Below, piece after piece: positions 15,463-25,220 of a stretch of DNA of 27,350 nucleotides; positions within the stretch are counted from its first letter, which is position 1; each line of letters opens with the position of its first letter. The notes under the pieces were generated by a model. The model did no database searches, was not told the DNA's origin, and saw nothing but the letters and a program-made list of their open reading frames with translations. The stretch covers positions 1 to 27,350 of the forward strand of contig JBBQYG010000042.1 of assembly GCA_038208905.1 (NCBI GenBank), given 5' to 3'. Origin of the DNA: Candidatus Sumerlaeia bacterium (GTDB taxonomy: Bacteria; Sumerlaeota; Sumerlaeia; SLMS01). The position numbers were made by a program, and so were the translations under genes.

Positions 15463-16397
15463 AGCGGATAGCGATGATCCAGATGTTTGCTCGGGTGGGG
15501 CTCGCGCTTGCAGCGCCGCAGGTCGGTGCCGAAGACGACAAGGATGGGAATGCGACTCCGACGCCGGTCTCAACTCCGGGCTCGCCTACGCCATCTCCAA
15601 CACTGGTGATTCGGCAAACCACTATCCTCATTGCCGCACTATCCTTCTGGACAGCCTGTCTCCTTCCTTTGCCGAGTGCCCTACACGCGGACGACGACGC
15701 TACCACCTCCACGATGCGGCGCACGCGTCTGGTTGGGTACTTTCCCCCCATCAACGGTGTCCCGGTCCACAATCACATCGAGCGCGTGTGTTTGTTGGCC
15801 CCTGATTTCGGTAGGGCCGATGCTCCGATCGCCAATCTGGTTTACATCGGCAGGCCGGGTCTTACAGTCCTCGTCGCAGCGTTCGAAGATGGCGAGGTTG
15901 TGTGGCACAGGAACTGGCGCGCCCCTTTTCCCGGCTGGCCGCCCGAAAGATTACCTGACCACACTCCCTTGATGGGACCTTACTACCGGGCACGAGTCGA
16001 TCCCACCCTCGTCGATGACTTCTTCGCGGATTTGGTGGCTATGGAGGCTTTCGTGGATCCCGGCCATCCTGCCCGAGTTGTGTATGAGGGCCTCACCGAG
16101 GCGAACGTACAACACTTCGATGGGGAATTCCTGACTCATATCACTTCCTACAGCGATATCGAGATCGTGGAGCTATCAAAGGAAACCCTTGCTGGGGCAG
16201 CTGGGAACGTATCGCTCAAGGATGTCCGCCGCGAGGTGGCGCTTGCCCAGCAGCCACCCGATTTCCTCCGTTTCCGCAAGATTAGGGGGCGAATCGTCAC
16301 TTGGCTCTTGGAACTGCCCGAACACGCCATCGACGGCAAGGTGGAGGAGCTGGGAAACCTACCCATCGTCCAGCGGTGCAGAAGCGTCGAGGAATAG
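15459..16397 (+). CDS. Hypothetical exported protein; alternative start GTG 15606
   Basis: ATG 15459 overlaps the TGA of the extended TPR frame. There is a signal-like N-terminus and a Pro/Thr linker, then a second signal-like segment (VIRQTTILIAALSFWTACLLPLPSALHA) and a globular domain with no family I recognise. Confidence 0.65.
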   Translation: MKRIAMIQMFARVGLALAAPQVGAEDDKDGNATPTPVSTPGSPTPSPTLVIRQTTILIAALSFWTACLLPLPSALHADDDATTSTMRRTRLVGYFPPINGVPVHNHIERVCLLAPDFGRADAPIANLVYIGRPGLTVLVAAFEDGEVVWHRNWRAPFPGWPPERLPDHTPLMGPYYRARVDPTLVDDFFADLVAMEAFVDPGHPARVVYEGLTEANVQHFDGEFLTHITSYSDIEIVELSKETLAGAAGNVSLKDVRREVALAQQPPDFLRFRKIRGRIVTWLLELPEHAIDGKVEELGNLPIVQRCRSVEE

Positions 16398-16418
16398 TCG
16401 AGTCTGCCGCCGTTCTAA

Positions 16419-17756
16419 TCACTCCCCCTTCTCCGCCATCCGAAAAATCGTCGCCCGGCCCTTCCTTACCATGACGCGGGATTCCCAGATCATGAAGAAC
16501 CCGGCGATGGCCATGACCACGGCGCAGAGGAGGAACACCGCGCGGTAGTTGGGGATGGCGCCCCCGAAGGCGAGGTACTGGGCCATCCACAGGCCGAGCA
16601 TGGGGCTGAAGATCCCGCGGATTCCCGTGAGCGTTTGGTGGATGCCCATGTAGAGGGGGACCTCCTCCTTGCGCGCGAAGAGGTTGATGCCAAGGTTCCA
16701 CACCAGCGACGATCCCGCCTGGATCAGCCCCACCAGCACCTGACCCGCCATCACGCCCACGATGGTGGGGATGAGGAAGATCAGCAGGGGGGAGACGGCG
16801 TAGAGCAGGTTGAACAGGCCGCGCATGAGGAGCATATTGTAGCGGTCGAGGATGCGGCCCCAGATGTAGCTGGTGAGGACGGGGAGTCCCGACACGATCA
16901 CCACGAGCGCCATGGCGCCCTGCTGATAGCTGACGTCGAGGTCCTGGGCCAGATACAGCGGCAGCAGCGCGCCATACATCAGCGCGGCGAATCCGAAGAG
17001 GAAGAACGACACCTGATACCGGAAGAAATCCGGGTCGCGCTTGAGCACGCGGAAGAAGTCCCAAAGAGACGGCGGGCGGGCAAACGCGCGCTTCGAGGGG
17101 TCCTCCTCGGGAATGCGCCGGAGCTGCCACACCGCCAGGATTCCCAATACCGCAGAGAGCGGAAACAGATAGCGATAGGCCGCCGCGTCCTGCTCCATCA
17201 TCCAGCCAAAGAGCAGCCCGCTCAGCGCCATGACGCCGAGCGACGACGCCTGGATCTTCCCCATGATGCGCCCGCGCTGCTCGGCCGGGTAGTTGTCGCG
17301 GATAATGCCGCTCAGCGCGACGACTGTGGAGGACCGAAGCACAACCGTCGCGATCATGATGCCGATAAAGGCCCACGGCGTGGTGACAAATGCGATCGGG
17401 AGCAGCGCGATGAACCCGATCAGGTCCGGCCAGAACGCGAATGGAATCCGGTGCCGCCGTGCCAAGGCGCGGGACCAGAAGATGGCAAACAGATTCCCCA
17501 GCGGCAGGGCATAGGCAATCCAGATGGCCTCGTTCTCCGTCGCTCCGAGCGACTTGATCGCCACAAAGGACGATAGCTGCGTGCTTAGCGCGATCGCCGG
17601 CCCGCGCAGGGCCATATAGGCGGAGTGATGGCGGAATGTCTTGCGGTGGAGCGACAATTCGAAATCGCGAGGGGAGTCTCTTGGTGCGGAGCGAAGCGTT
17701 GACCCGCGCCGCTGGGGGGTGCTACCCCAAACGATCCTCGGTTGCGGGTTGTCCAT
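16419..17756 (-). CDS. Major facilitator superfamily transporter (start uncertain; TTG 17657 is an alternative)
   Basis: About 12 hydrophobic segments; NYPAEQRGRIMG and WGRILDRYN (motif-A-like) loops. Confidence 0.9.
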   Translation of the reverse strand: MDNPQPRIVWGSTPQRRGSTLRSAPRDSPRDFELSLHRKTFRHHSAYMALRGPAIALSTQLSSFVAIKSLGATENEAIWIAYALPLGNLFAIFWSRALARRHRIPFAFWPDLIGFIALLPIAFVTTPWAFIGIMIATVVLRSSTVVALSGIIRDNYPAEQRGRIMGKIQASSLGVMALSGLLFGWMMEQDAAAYRYLFPLSAVLGILAVWQLRRIPEEDPSKRAFARPPSLWDFFRVLKRDPDFFRYQVSFFLFGFAALMYGALLPLYLAQDLDVSYQQGAMALVVIVSGLPVLTSYIWGRILDRYNMLLMRGLFNLLYAVSPLLIFLIPTIVGVMAGQVLVGLIQAGSSLVWNLGINLFARKEEVPLYMGIHQTLTGIRGIFSPMLGLWMAQYLAFGGAIPNYRAVFLLCAVVMAIAGFFMIWESRVMVRKGRATIFRMAEKGE

Positions 17757-17805
17757 GCTTCACACGACTCAACACCTAGAGCGCGCCTCGGAATTCGGCG
17801 GCCAC

Positions 17806-19161
17806 ATGCGCCCCGGCCTCATCGAAGGGATCGTCCTCGACCGGCCCATCGGTTCCGGCGCCACCTCCACGGTCTATCTTGGCTACCGTCAGGATAACCC
17901 CAAGGAGCGCTTTGCGATCAAGTTCCTGTCGCCGCTCCTCGGTGCCCAGGAAGTCCCGCGCCAGCGGTGGCTCCGCGAGGCCGACATCCTCATCCGGCTC
18001 GACCATCCCAACATCGTCCGCGGATACCGCCACGGCATCACCGACGACCGGCCCTATCTGGTGATGGAGTTCCTGCAAGGCGAGAGCCTGCAGGATCGCC
18101 TGCGCCGATTGGGCAAGCTCCCCGTGGAACAGGTCTACCACGTGGCCGAGTGCGCGCTGAAGGCCCTCGGCGCCGCCGAGGCCCTCGGCGTGGTACACCG
18201 CGACGTCAAGCCGGCCAACATGATCTGGCTCAACGACGATTCGGTCAAGCTCATGGACTTCGGCCTGGCAAAGTTGGCGGAGCCCGACGTGGACCTGACG
18301 GCGACCGGCGCGATCCTGGGCACGCCGATCTATGTTTCTCCGGAGCAGGCCGCCGGCAGCGACGCCATCACGATCCAGAGCGATCTCTACTCGCTCGGCA
18401 CCACCCTTTTTCATCTCGCCTGCGGGCGTCCGCCCTTTGCCGAACTCAATGTGTCGCTTTTGCTAACGCGCAAGATCACAGACAACGTCCCCGACGTGCG
18501 CCTCTACGACCGCGAGGTCGGAAGCGCGCTCGCCTATTTCATCGACCAACTCTGCCAGCGCGTCCCAACGCGTCGGCCAGAGAACGCGGCCAAGGCCCTG
18601 AAGCTCCTCGCAGATATTCGCTCCGGCAGCCTCGCAATATCCGATACCACGCCCGTGCCGATCTCTTCCCGCGCGCCGCTGAGGGAGGCGCCCGCCGGCC
18701 ACATTCCCGCGGGGAGTCGCGTGCTGGATACGGTCGTCGGCGACAAGGCCCTGAACACGCGCCCGGTGATTCTCCGCGCGGAGGAGGTGCTCTTCTACGA
18801 GGAGGACAATTCGCGCGAGTGCTACCTTCTCGTCTCGGGCCGCGTGGAGGTCGTCAAGTCGGGCCGCGTCATCGCCACCATCACCGAGCCGGGGGCCTTC
18901 ATCGGAGAGATGTCCCCCCTCAACGACGTCCCCCGCACGGCAACGATCGTGGCCTGCGAGGAGACCGTCCTCCTACGCATCGAGACCGAGGAATTCGACG
19001 CCTTCTTTGCCCGCCATCCAGAGATGCTTCTGATGCTGGCGCGTACTCTGGCAGCGCGGCTGGAAGCCACCGGGAACAAACTCAACCAGGCCAATGGCCG
19101 CCTTGCCATGATGCAGCGCCACGTGCGCGAAATGAGCGCGGTGCTGGCGGGCAGGGGCTGA
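17806..19161 (+). CDS. Soluble Hanks-type Ser/Thr protein kinase with C-terminal cyclic-nucleotide-binding (Crp/cNMP) domain (alternative start ATG 17755)
   Basis: Kinase motifs IGSGATSTVY, AIK, HRDVKPAN, DFG, GTPIYVSPE and SDLYSLG. cNMP domain EVLFYEED, YLLVSGRVEV and GAFIGEMSPLNDVPRTATIVA, plus a long C-helix; no transmembrane segment. Confidence 0.93.
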   Translation: MRPGLIEGIVLDRPIGSGATSTVYLGYRQDNPKERFAIKFLSPLLGAQEVPRQRWLREADILIRLDHPNIVRGYRHGITDDRPYLVMEFLQGESLQDRLRRLGKLPVEQVYHVAECALKALGAAEALGVVHRDVKPANMIWLNDDSVKLMDFGLAKLAEPDVDLTATGAILGTPIYVSPEQAAGSDAITIQSDLYSLGTTLFHLACGRPPFAELNVSLLLTRKITDNVPDVRLYDREVGSALAYFIDQLCQRVPTRRPENAAKALKLLADIRSGSLAISDTTPVPISSRAPLREAPAGHIPAGSRVLDTVVGDKALNTRPVILRAEEVLFYEEDNSRECYLLVSGRVEVVKSGRVIATITEPGAFIGEMSPLNDVPRTATIVACEETVLLRIETEEFDAFFARHPEMLLMLARTLAARLEATGNKLNQANGRLAMMQRHVREMSAVLAGRG

Positions 19162-19165
19162 GGCG

Positions 19166-19918
19166 ATGGATTCCGTAACGGGATCAAGGCCCAACGACTT
19201 CCTCTCTCTCCCGCTCTCCGACCCCGGGGTCGAGGGACTGATTCGCTGGCTCGTCGAGTCCCCCGATCGTTCGCACCCCCGCACCGCTGCCTACCTGAAT
19301 GCCCACACGGTGAACTTGGCGCTGAGGGATGCGTCGCGGATGGCGCCGCTCTGGAGGAACATGGACCTGCTCTACCCCGATGGCATGTCGGTCGTCCGCG
19401 CGGCGGAAAGGATGGGATTGCCGGTGCGGCACCGGGTCAGCGCGGCGGGATTCTTCCGCCGGTTCTGCTGGGCGGCGGCGGCGCGGGGCAGGAGCATCGC
19501 CCTCGTCGGCGGGACCGAGGCCGTGGTCGATGGCTGCGCCACGCATCTGCTTGCCGAAGTTCCAGGGCTCCAGATCGCGTTTAGCCACCACGGATTCTTC
19601 AAGCCCGGGAAAGAGGAGGATGCCGTGCGTCGCGGCTTGCGCGCGGCGGCGCCCGATATCACACTCCTCGGCATGGGGAGCCCGCGCCAGGAAGCGCTGG
19701 CCCTTCGCCTGCGCGACGAGGATAGCATCCCCACGGTCTGGTGCGTGGGCGCCCTCTTCGAGTACCACAGTCCCGGCAAGCGACGTCTCGCGCCGGTGTG
19801 GATGCGAGAGAGTGGGCTCGAATGGGCATTTCGCCTCGCACAGGAACCGCGTCGGCTGGCGAGGCGGTACCTGATGGGAAACGCGGAGTTCCTCCTGAGG
19901 TGCCGCGGTTGGATTTGA
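19166..19918 (+). CDS. WecB/TagA/CpsF family glycosyltransferase (GT26)
   Basis: Motifs YLNAHT, LYPDGMSV, LLGMGSPRQE, CVGALF and GLEWAFRLAQEPRRLARRY. Confidence 0.93.
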   Translation: MDSVTGSRPNDFLSLPLSDPGVEGLIRWLVESPDRSHPRTAAYLNAHTVNLALRDASRMAPLWRNMDLLYPDGMSVVRAAERMGLPVRHRVSAAGFFRRFCWAAAARGRSIALVGGTEAVVDGCATHLLAEVPGLQIAFSHHGFFKPGKEEDAVRRGLRAAAPDITLLGMGSPRQEALALRLRDEDSIPTVWCVGALFEYHSPGKRRLAPVWMRESGLEWAFRLAQEPRRLARRYLMGNAEFLLRCRGWI

Positions 19919-19936
19919 GAACGGAGACCGACTGAC

Positions 19937-22189
19937 TTGCCAAGAACCGAATCCTCATCGCCCATCGCGTGGATCGCCGCGGCGGTCTCTCTCGTCCTCG
20001 CCGGGGCGATGGCGTATATGCTGCTCAAACCCGAGGCGCCCGAGCCCCAGCCAGCCGCGACTCCGAACGTCACCGTGGCTGCAACGCCCGCTCCCACACC
20101 GACGATGGCGCCATCGCCCGCCGCGGTGGACCAACCCGGCACCAACACGCTCGCCTTGGCGCCAACGCCCGCGCCCACGCCGGTGCCGACACCCGCGCCA
20201 TCCCCCTCGGTCACTCACGAACCCGCAGGCACCTTCTTCCTTAGCGGCTCCGTCGAGGAGGCAACCGGCGCGATGGTGGCCGAGGCCGAGCTCTACGCGA
20301 TGCGCGCCACAGGCGGCGCGCTCGCCCCCCAAGTGAACGCGGCGTTTGGCCCCGGCGGACAACGCTGGTCCGCGCGGACTGATTCGCTGGGATTCTATGA
20401 ACTAGAACTTCAGGGCGGCGCGGAGTACATCGTCGGCCTGATGCAGGGCGGCCGTCCCACCGCCGTCGTCCAGCGCGTCGCGGCGCCGCGGGAGGGTGGC
20501 ACCCTGGAGGCCAACTTCACCGTGCCGCGCCCCGTCGCGATTCGAGGCACCGTTTCCGATCAGTATGGCGAGCCCGCATCTGGAATCCCGGTGCTGGCGG
20601 GTATACGTGGCGGTGCCGTGCTCTCCGACGACGACGGCGCCTCGACGATCACACTCGAGACTGATGTCGAGGGCGCCTTTTCCTTCGAAGCACTGGAGCC
20701 AGAAAGCATTTCCGTTGCCGTGGATCGCGCCCGGCTTCCCAAGTCCTACTCCTCCACGGGCTTCCCAGTGGCGCTGGTTCCCGCGGATTGGCGCGAGACG
20801 CGGTCGTATAGACTCGACCTCCTCGTAACGCGGGGCGTGGTGCTTAAGGGCGCCGCCGTAGTCGGGTCTCGCGGAGATTTCCCGGGCAACCCCATTGGCG
20901 GCGCCCTCGTCCGACTCAGCCGCCCCGACAGCGCGGAGCCCACTGCGGAGACGACGGCAGGGAGCGACGGCGCGTTCCGGTTTCTCGATTTGGTACCCGG
21001 GAACTACACGCTCTCCGCATCATCGCCCGGATATGCGGCCGCGACGATCGAGGGCGTCGATCTTTCCCGCGATCTGGAGCGGGACGTCGCCATCCAGCCG
21101 CTCGCGCGCATCCGCGTCAAGCTGGTCGCCGATTCGGCCGAGCCCGGCACCGCGCGCCTAGCGCTGCTCTCGCGCTATGCCGGGCGCCAGACGCGATTTG
21201 CATTTGGTGCAGGCGGGTCGTCGATGACCGAATTCGATGGCCTTCAACCCGCCGCCTACCTCGTGACTGCCCTCATCGAGGGCGCCGGGGAGCCGCGCTA
21301 CGACGAGGCGTATATACCGGTGGGGGAGGAGGACGCGCTTCTGGAGGTGGAGCTCCGGCCCGTCGGCATTCGCTCCGTCAAGGGACGCCTCCTCCCGGGA
21401 TCCCGAAGCGTCGATTCCATTACCGTGCGCGCGCGTCCTCTCGCGGGCCGCGCGGCGCCCGACTCGATCCCCTGGGCGTCGCCGGAGCTCCGGCGCGCAC
21501 CCTCCGCATCGACGACGAGCGGCGGGGCCTACCGCCTGGACGATCTCAAGGTGGGTGCCGACTATTTCCTAACCGCGGAGATTCGCGAAACCGGCGAGGT
21601 GATCGGCAGCGCACAGCTCTCCGCGAGAATGGATGATGGCCCCGAGATCGCCCTCAATGGCACCGGCGAAGTCTCCGGGCGCGCGCTTTCCACGACCAAC
21701 GAGGCATGTGCCGGCGTCGAACTCGAGCTCATCGTCGGTGCGACGATTTCCGGCGCCATCGGCAAAGCCGAGTCGCGCCGGACCAAGGTCGCCTTTGACG
21801 GCACGTTCCGATTCGAGCACGTCCCCGTTGGGTCGGCGCGCCTGATCCTGGGTGGCGACACGCGGACGGCACGCCTCGTCGCCGTGGAGCCCGGAGGCCA
21901 GCAAAGGCTTAGCCTCCAGTGCCGCACCATGGTCGCTGTGACTTTCGAGGTCGCCGACTCCCCGGATCGGCCATTCCGTTCCTCCGATCAGTTCTTTCTT
22001 CTGGCCAAGCTAGGCACCACGATGAGGGAGAGCGTCCGCGAGATAACCTACGCCGCTCTCGCGCTTGAACTGGAACCCGGCGAATATACGATCACAAGGA
22101 CCTCCACGATGACCTCACGATCCTTTCAAGTAGTGCCCAACTCCGGCGGTCGCATCCGCGTGGACTTCAGCGAGTCGCCCACCCCATGA
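19937..22189 (+). CDS. Membrane-anchored protein with Pro/Thr/Ala linker and repeated carboxypeptidase-regulatory-like (CnaB/prealbumin-like) beta-sandwich domains
   Basis: TTG start behind GGAGA, an N-terminal TM helix and a PAPTPTP linker. Repeated modules such as IRGTVSDQYGEP...ETDVEGAFSF, TAGSDGAFRFLDLVPGNYTLSASSPGY and DGTFRFEHVPVG. Confidence 0.82.
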   Translation: MPRTESSSPIAWIAAAVSLVLAGAMAYMLLKPEAPEPQPAATPNVTVAATPAPTPTMAPSPAAVDQPGTNTLALAPTPAPTPVPTPAPSPSVTHEPAGTFFLSGSVEEATGAMVAEAELYAMRATGGALAPQVNAAFGPGGQRWSARTDSLGFYELELQGGAEYIVGLMQGGRPTAVVQRVAAPREGGTLEANFTVPRPVAIRGTVSDQYGEPASGIPVLAGIRGGAVLSDDDGASTITLETDVEGAFSFEALEPESISVAVDRARLPKSYSSTGFPVALVPADWRETRSYRLDLLVTRGVVLKGAAVVGSRGDFPGNPIGGALVRLSRPDSAEPTAETTAGSDGAFRFLDLVPGNYTLSASSPGYAAATIEGVDLSRDLERDVAIQPLARIRVKLVADSAEPGTARLALLSRYAGRQTRFAFGAGGSSMTEFDGLQPAAYLVTALIEGAGEPRYDEAYIPVGEEDALLEVELRPVGIRSVKGRLLPGSRSVDSITVRARPLAGRAAPDSIPWASPELRRAPSASTTSGGAYRLDDLKVGADYFLTAEIRETGEVIGSAQLSARMDDGPEIALNGTGEVSGRALSTTNEACAGVELELIVGATISGAIGKAESRRTKVAFDGTFRFEHVPVGSARLILGGDTRTARLVAVEPGGQQRLSLQCRTMVAVTFEVADSPDRPFRSSDQFFLLAKLGTTMRESVREITYAALALELEPGEYTITRTSTMTSRSFQVVPNSGGRIRVDFSESPTP

Positions 22190-22569
22190 CACGATTCTCC
22201 TCCAAGCAATCCTGGTGGCCGGTCTTCGCCGCGATCTTGATCCCGGCATTGCTGGTGATCTTCGCCCTCTTTTTCGCGCCCGAGGTCGAGGCGCCATCAT
22301 CGGATGAGCAAGTCGCCGTCGTGGTCCGCGTAGTGGATGCCAGCGGCGCCCCTCTTGAAGGGAAAGCCGTCCGCATGCTCCCCGGCGCAGGCGAGGAAAC
22401 GATCGTCAACACCACCGATTCGGCGGGCTATGCCACGGCGAGCTTTCGTCGCAGGGGATCCCTCGCGGTGAGTGTGGAGGGGGGACCCACCGAGCCGCAC
22501 TTCCAGGATCTGGGCCAGTCCCGCAAGGCAACCATCGAGATCACGATCCCTTTGGCGCCATCGCCATGA
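22186..22569 (+). CDS. Small membrane-anchored protein with one beta-sandwich (carboxypeptidase-regulatory/Ig-like) domain
   Basis: ATGA overlaps at both ends; TM helix followed by VRVVDASGAPLEGKAV...TTDSAGYA. Confidence 0.75.
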   Translation: MTRFSSKQSWWPVFAAILIPALLVIFALFFAPEVEAPSSDEQVAVVVRVVDASGAPLEGKAVRMLPGAGEETIVNTTDSAGYATASFRRRGSLAVSVEGGPTEPHFQDLGQSRKATIEITIPLAPSP

Positions 22570-23231
22570 ATGTTTCCCGCGTGTGGCTTCCGCCCGAAGG
22601 CAAGGCGACCCGGCTCCTGATCCTGCGCCACGGCGAGGTGAACGCAGAGAGTCGCAAGGCGCTCTATGGCCAACTCGACGTCGAGCTGTCGGAGCGGGGC
22701 CATGCCCAGTCGGCGCGCACTGGCGCGGCGCTCTCCACGCAGCCGATCGAGGCTGTCTATACAAGCGACCTGTCGCGGGCTTCGATTCTTGGCAGGGAGA
22801 TCGCCCGCCACCACGAACTGGAACCGCACCCCGACCCGCGCCTGCGCGAGCGGCACTTCGGCCATTGGCAGGGCCTCCTGTGGGAACACATCGAAACGAC
22901 CTATCCCGAGGAGCTGAAGCAATACTCGGAAAAGCGCCATCACATGCGCGTGCCAGGCCCGTCGGAGAACTTTCCCGATGTTCGGGCGCGACTGGTTCCG
23001 TTCCTGGCGGAGGTCCTGGAAAAGCATCGCGGCCAGACGGTGGCGATCGCGTGCCACAGCGGCCCCGCGCGCATCCTCCTCGCGGAGGCCCTCGGCCTGC
23101 CCATCGATGGCATTTTCACATTCGAGCAGAACTACTGCTGCCTCAATGCCATCGACTACTTCGATACCGGCCGCGTAAGGGTGCAGCTTCTCAACGACAC
23201 CCACCATCTGGGTGACTTGTTCTCCGTCTAG
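22566..23231 (+). CDS. Histidine phosphatase (phosphoglycerate mutase/CobC-like)
   Basis: LRHGE, YTSDLSRA, RLRERHFGHWQG and ACHSG motifs. Confidence 0.93.
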   Translation: MNVSRVWLPPEGKATRLLILRHGEVNAESRKALYGQLDVELSERGHAQSARTGAALSTQPIEAVYTSDLSRASILGREIARHHELEPHPDPRLRERHFGHWQGLLWEHIETTYPEELKQYSEKRHHMRVPGPSENFPDVRARLVPFLAEVLEKHRGQTVAIACHSGPARILLAEALGLPIDGIFTFEQNYCCLNAIDYFDTGRVRVQLLNDTHHLGDLFSV

Positions 23232-24226
23232 CCCGTCCGCGACAGGTCGATCTCCTCGGCGCGATGGCAAGCAACCTGGCGTCCGGTTCCGAACGCCCGT
23301 AGCTCTGGCAGCTCGACGCGGCATCGATCCACGGCAAACGGACAGCGCGGGTGGAAGGCGCAACCCGGCGGCGGAGCCACGGGGCTCGGGGTCTCCCCGC
23401 GAATTGGTTCGCTCTCGCGCCTCCGTGTTGGATCGGCGACGGGGGCGGAGTCGAGAAGTGCGCGGGTGTACGGATGCGAGGGCGCGTCGAAGATTGTCCG
23501 CTTCGCCGCGATTTCCACAATGCGGCCAAGGTACATGATCGCCACCCGGTCGCTCACATACTCCACCACCGAAAGGTCGTGGGATATAAAGATATATGTT
23601 AGGCCACGCTCCCGCTGAAGCCTTACCATGAGGTTGATCACCTGGGCCTGAACCGAAACATCCAGCGCCGACACCGGCTCGTCGGCGATCACGAGGCGGG
23701 GCTTCAGCGCCAGTGTCCGCGCGATGCTTACCCGCTGGCGCTGGCCGCCGGAAAACTCGTGCGGATAACGCGAGGAGTAGGCCGGGTCGATGCCGACGGA
23801 CTCCAGAAGCGACGAAACCTCCGCCAACTGCTCCCGCTTCGATCCCACGCGATGGATCACAAGCGGCTCGCGGACGATCTCCTCCACGGTGAGGCGCGGA
23901 TTCAGCGAACCGTAGGGATCCTGAAACACCATCTGGATTTCCCGGCGAAGCTCAAACAGGCCGCGCCCCTGAAGCTGGGCAATGTCCCGACCATCGAAGA
24001 GCACACTCCCAGCGGTCGGGCGCTCCATCAGCATCAGCGTCCGCCCGAGGGTGGACTTCCCGCATCCGCTCTCGCCAACGAGGCCGAGTACCTCGCCCGC
24101 CGCCACCGTCAGGCTCACGTCCTGCACCGCGCGGACGACGCGCGCCTCGCGCTTCAGCAGCCCCGCGCGCCGCAGGGGGAAGTGCTTCACCACCGCGCGC
24201 GCCTCAAGCAGGGGAGTCTCGCTCAT
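23228..24226 (-). CDS. oppF: Oligopeptide/dipeptide ABC transporter ATP-binding protein (OppF/DppF type)
   Basis: True start ATG 24226 (MSETPLLEA), in an ATGA overlap with the oppD stop. [30 protein letters not shown] and the C-terminal [11 protein letters not shown] motif. Confidence 0.92.
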   Translation of the reverse strand: MSETPLLEARAVVKHFPLRRAGLLKREARVVRAVQDVSLTVAAGEVLGLVGESGCGKSTLGRTLMLMERPTAGSVLFDGRDIAQLQGRGLFELRREIQMVFQDPYGSLNPRLTVEEIVREPLVIHRVGSKREQLAEVSSLLESVGIDPAYSSRYPHEFSGGQRQRVSIARTLALKPRLVIADEPVSALDVSVQAQVINLMVRLQRERGLTYIFISHDLSVVEYVSDRVAIMYLGRIVEIAAKRTIFDAPSHPYTRALLDSAPVADPTRRRESEPIRGETPSPVAPPPGCAFHPRCPFAVDRCRVELPELRAFGTGRQVACHRAEEIDLSRTG

Positions 24227-25212
24227 GCCTGTGGCTCCAGAGGATAGTGACACGCGGCGAAGTGCCCTGGCCCCAGTTCGGTGAGCGCGGGGTCCTCCGT
24301 CTCGCACCGCGGCCCCTTCGCCGGGCAGCGGTTGGCGAAGCGGCACCCGGGCGGCGGATCGATGATCGACGGCACCGATCCCTCGATCGTGGGGAGCGGA
24401 TCATTCTTGTCGCGCCCGCGCTTCGGCAGGCTCGCCATCAGGCCGCGCGTGTAGGGATGCCGGTTTCCGTGAAAAAGCGTATAGACATCGCAGCTCTCCA
24501 CGATGCGCCCGGCATACATCACCAACACATCGTCACACGTCTCCGCAATCACGCCAATGTCATGGGTGATCAGGATCACTGACATGCCGAGTCGCTGGCG
24601 CAATTCCGCGATCAAAAAGAGGATCTGCTTCTGGATCGTCACGTCCAGCGCCGTCGTCGGCTCGTCGGCCACCAGCAGTTCCGGCTCGCACAGGAGCGCC
24701 ATCGCGATCAACACGCGCTGCTTCATGCCGCCGCTCAGCTCGTGCGGATAGTTGAGCAGCCGCGATTCGGGTTCCGCGATGCCGACCGAGGCCAGCGCCG
24801 CTGCAGCCTTCTCCATCGCGGGACGTCCCTTCAGGCCAAATCGCGTCTTGATCACTTCGCCCATCATCCGCCCCACGGTAAACACGGGGTTCAGCGAGGC
24901 GCTGGGATCCTGAAAGATCATCGCGATTTCCCGTCCGCGGATCTTGGGCATTTCGCGCGCGGGCAACCCCAGCAGGTCGCGCCCCTTCCATACGATCTGT
25001 CCCCGCGCGATATGTCCCGGCGGATCGGGGACGAGTCGCAGCAGCGAGAGGGCCGTAACGCTTTTCCCGCATCCCGATTCGCCCACCACGCCAAGCGTCC
25101 GGCCCTTGCCCACGGCAAAGGACACCCCGTCCACCGCGCGCGCGATTCCCGCCTCCGTGCGAAACTGCACGGCAAGATCGCGCACCTCCAGCAGCGGTGC
25201 CTCTTGATTCAC
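24223..25212 (-). CDS. oppD: Oligopeptide/dipeptide ABC transporter ATP-binding protein (OppD/DppD type)
   Basis: [34 protein letters not shown] and GCRFANRCP. Confidence 0.92.
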   Translation of the reverse strand: MNQEAPLLEVRDLAVQFRTEAGIARAVDGVSFAVGKGRTLGVVGESGCGKSVTALSLLRLVPDPPGHIARGQIVWKGRDLLGLPAREMPKIRGREIAMIFQDPSASLNPVFTVGRMMGEVIKTRFGLKGRPAMEKAAAALASVGIAEPESRLLNYPHELSGGMKQRVLIAMALLCEPELLVADEPTTALDVTIQKQILFLIAELRQRLGMSVILITHDIGVIAETCDDVLVMYAGRIVESCDVYTLFHGNRHPYTRGLMASLPKRGRDKNDPLPTIEGSVPSIIDPPPGCRFANRCPAKGPRCETEDPALTELGPGHFAACHYPLEPQA

Positions 25213-25220
25213 TCTCGGCG

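Noticed and set aside
17967..19178. 403-aa alternative-frame ORF over the kinase gene
   Set aside because: Low-complexity Arg/Pro/Gly off-frame product of GC-rich codons.
20040..20215. Repetitive DNA resembling a short repeat array
   Set aside because: Encodes a Pro/Thr/Ala linker; there are no identical repeats with unique spacers, so it is not CRISPR.
23228..23231. Shared CTAG stop codons of convergent genes
   Set aside because: A common compact arrangement with no special implication.
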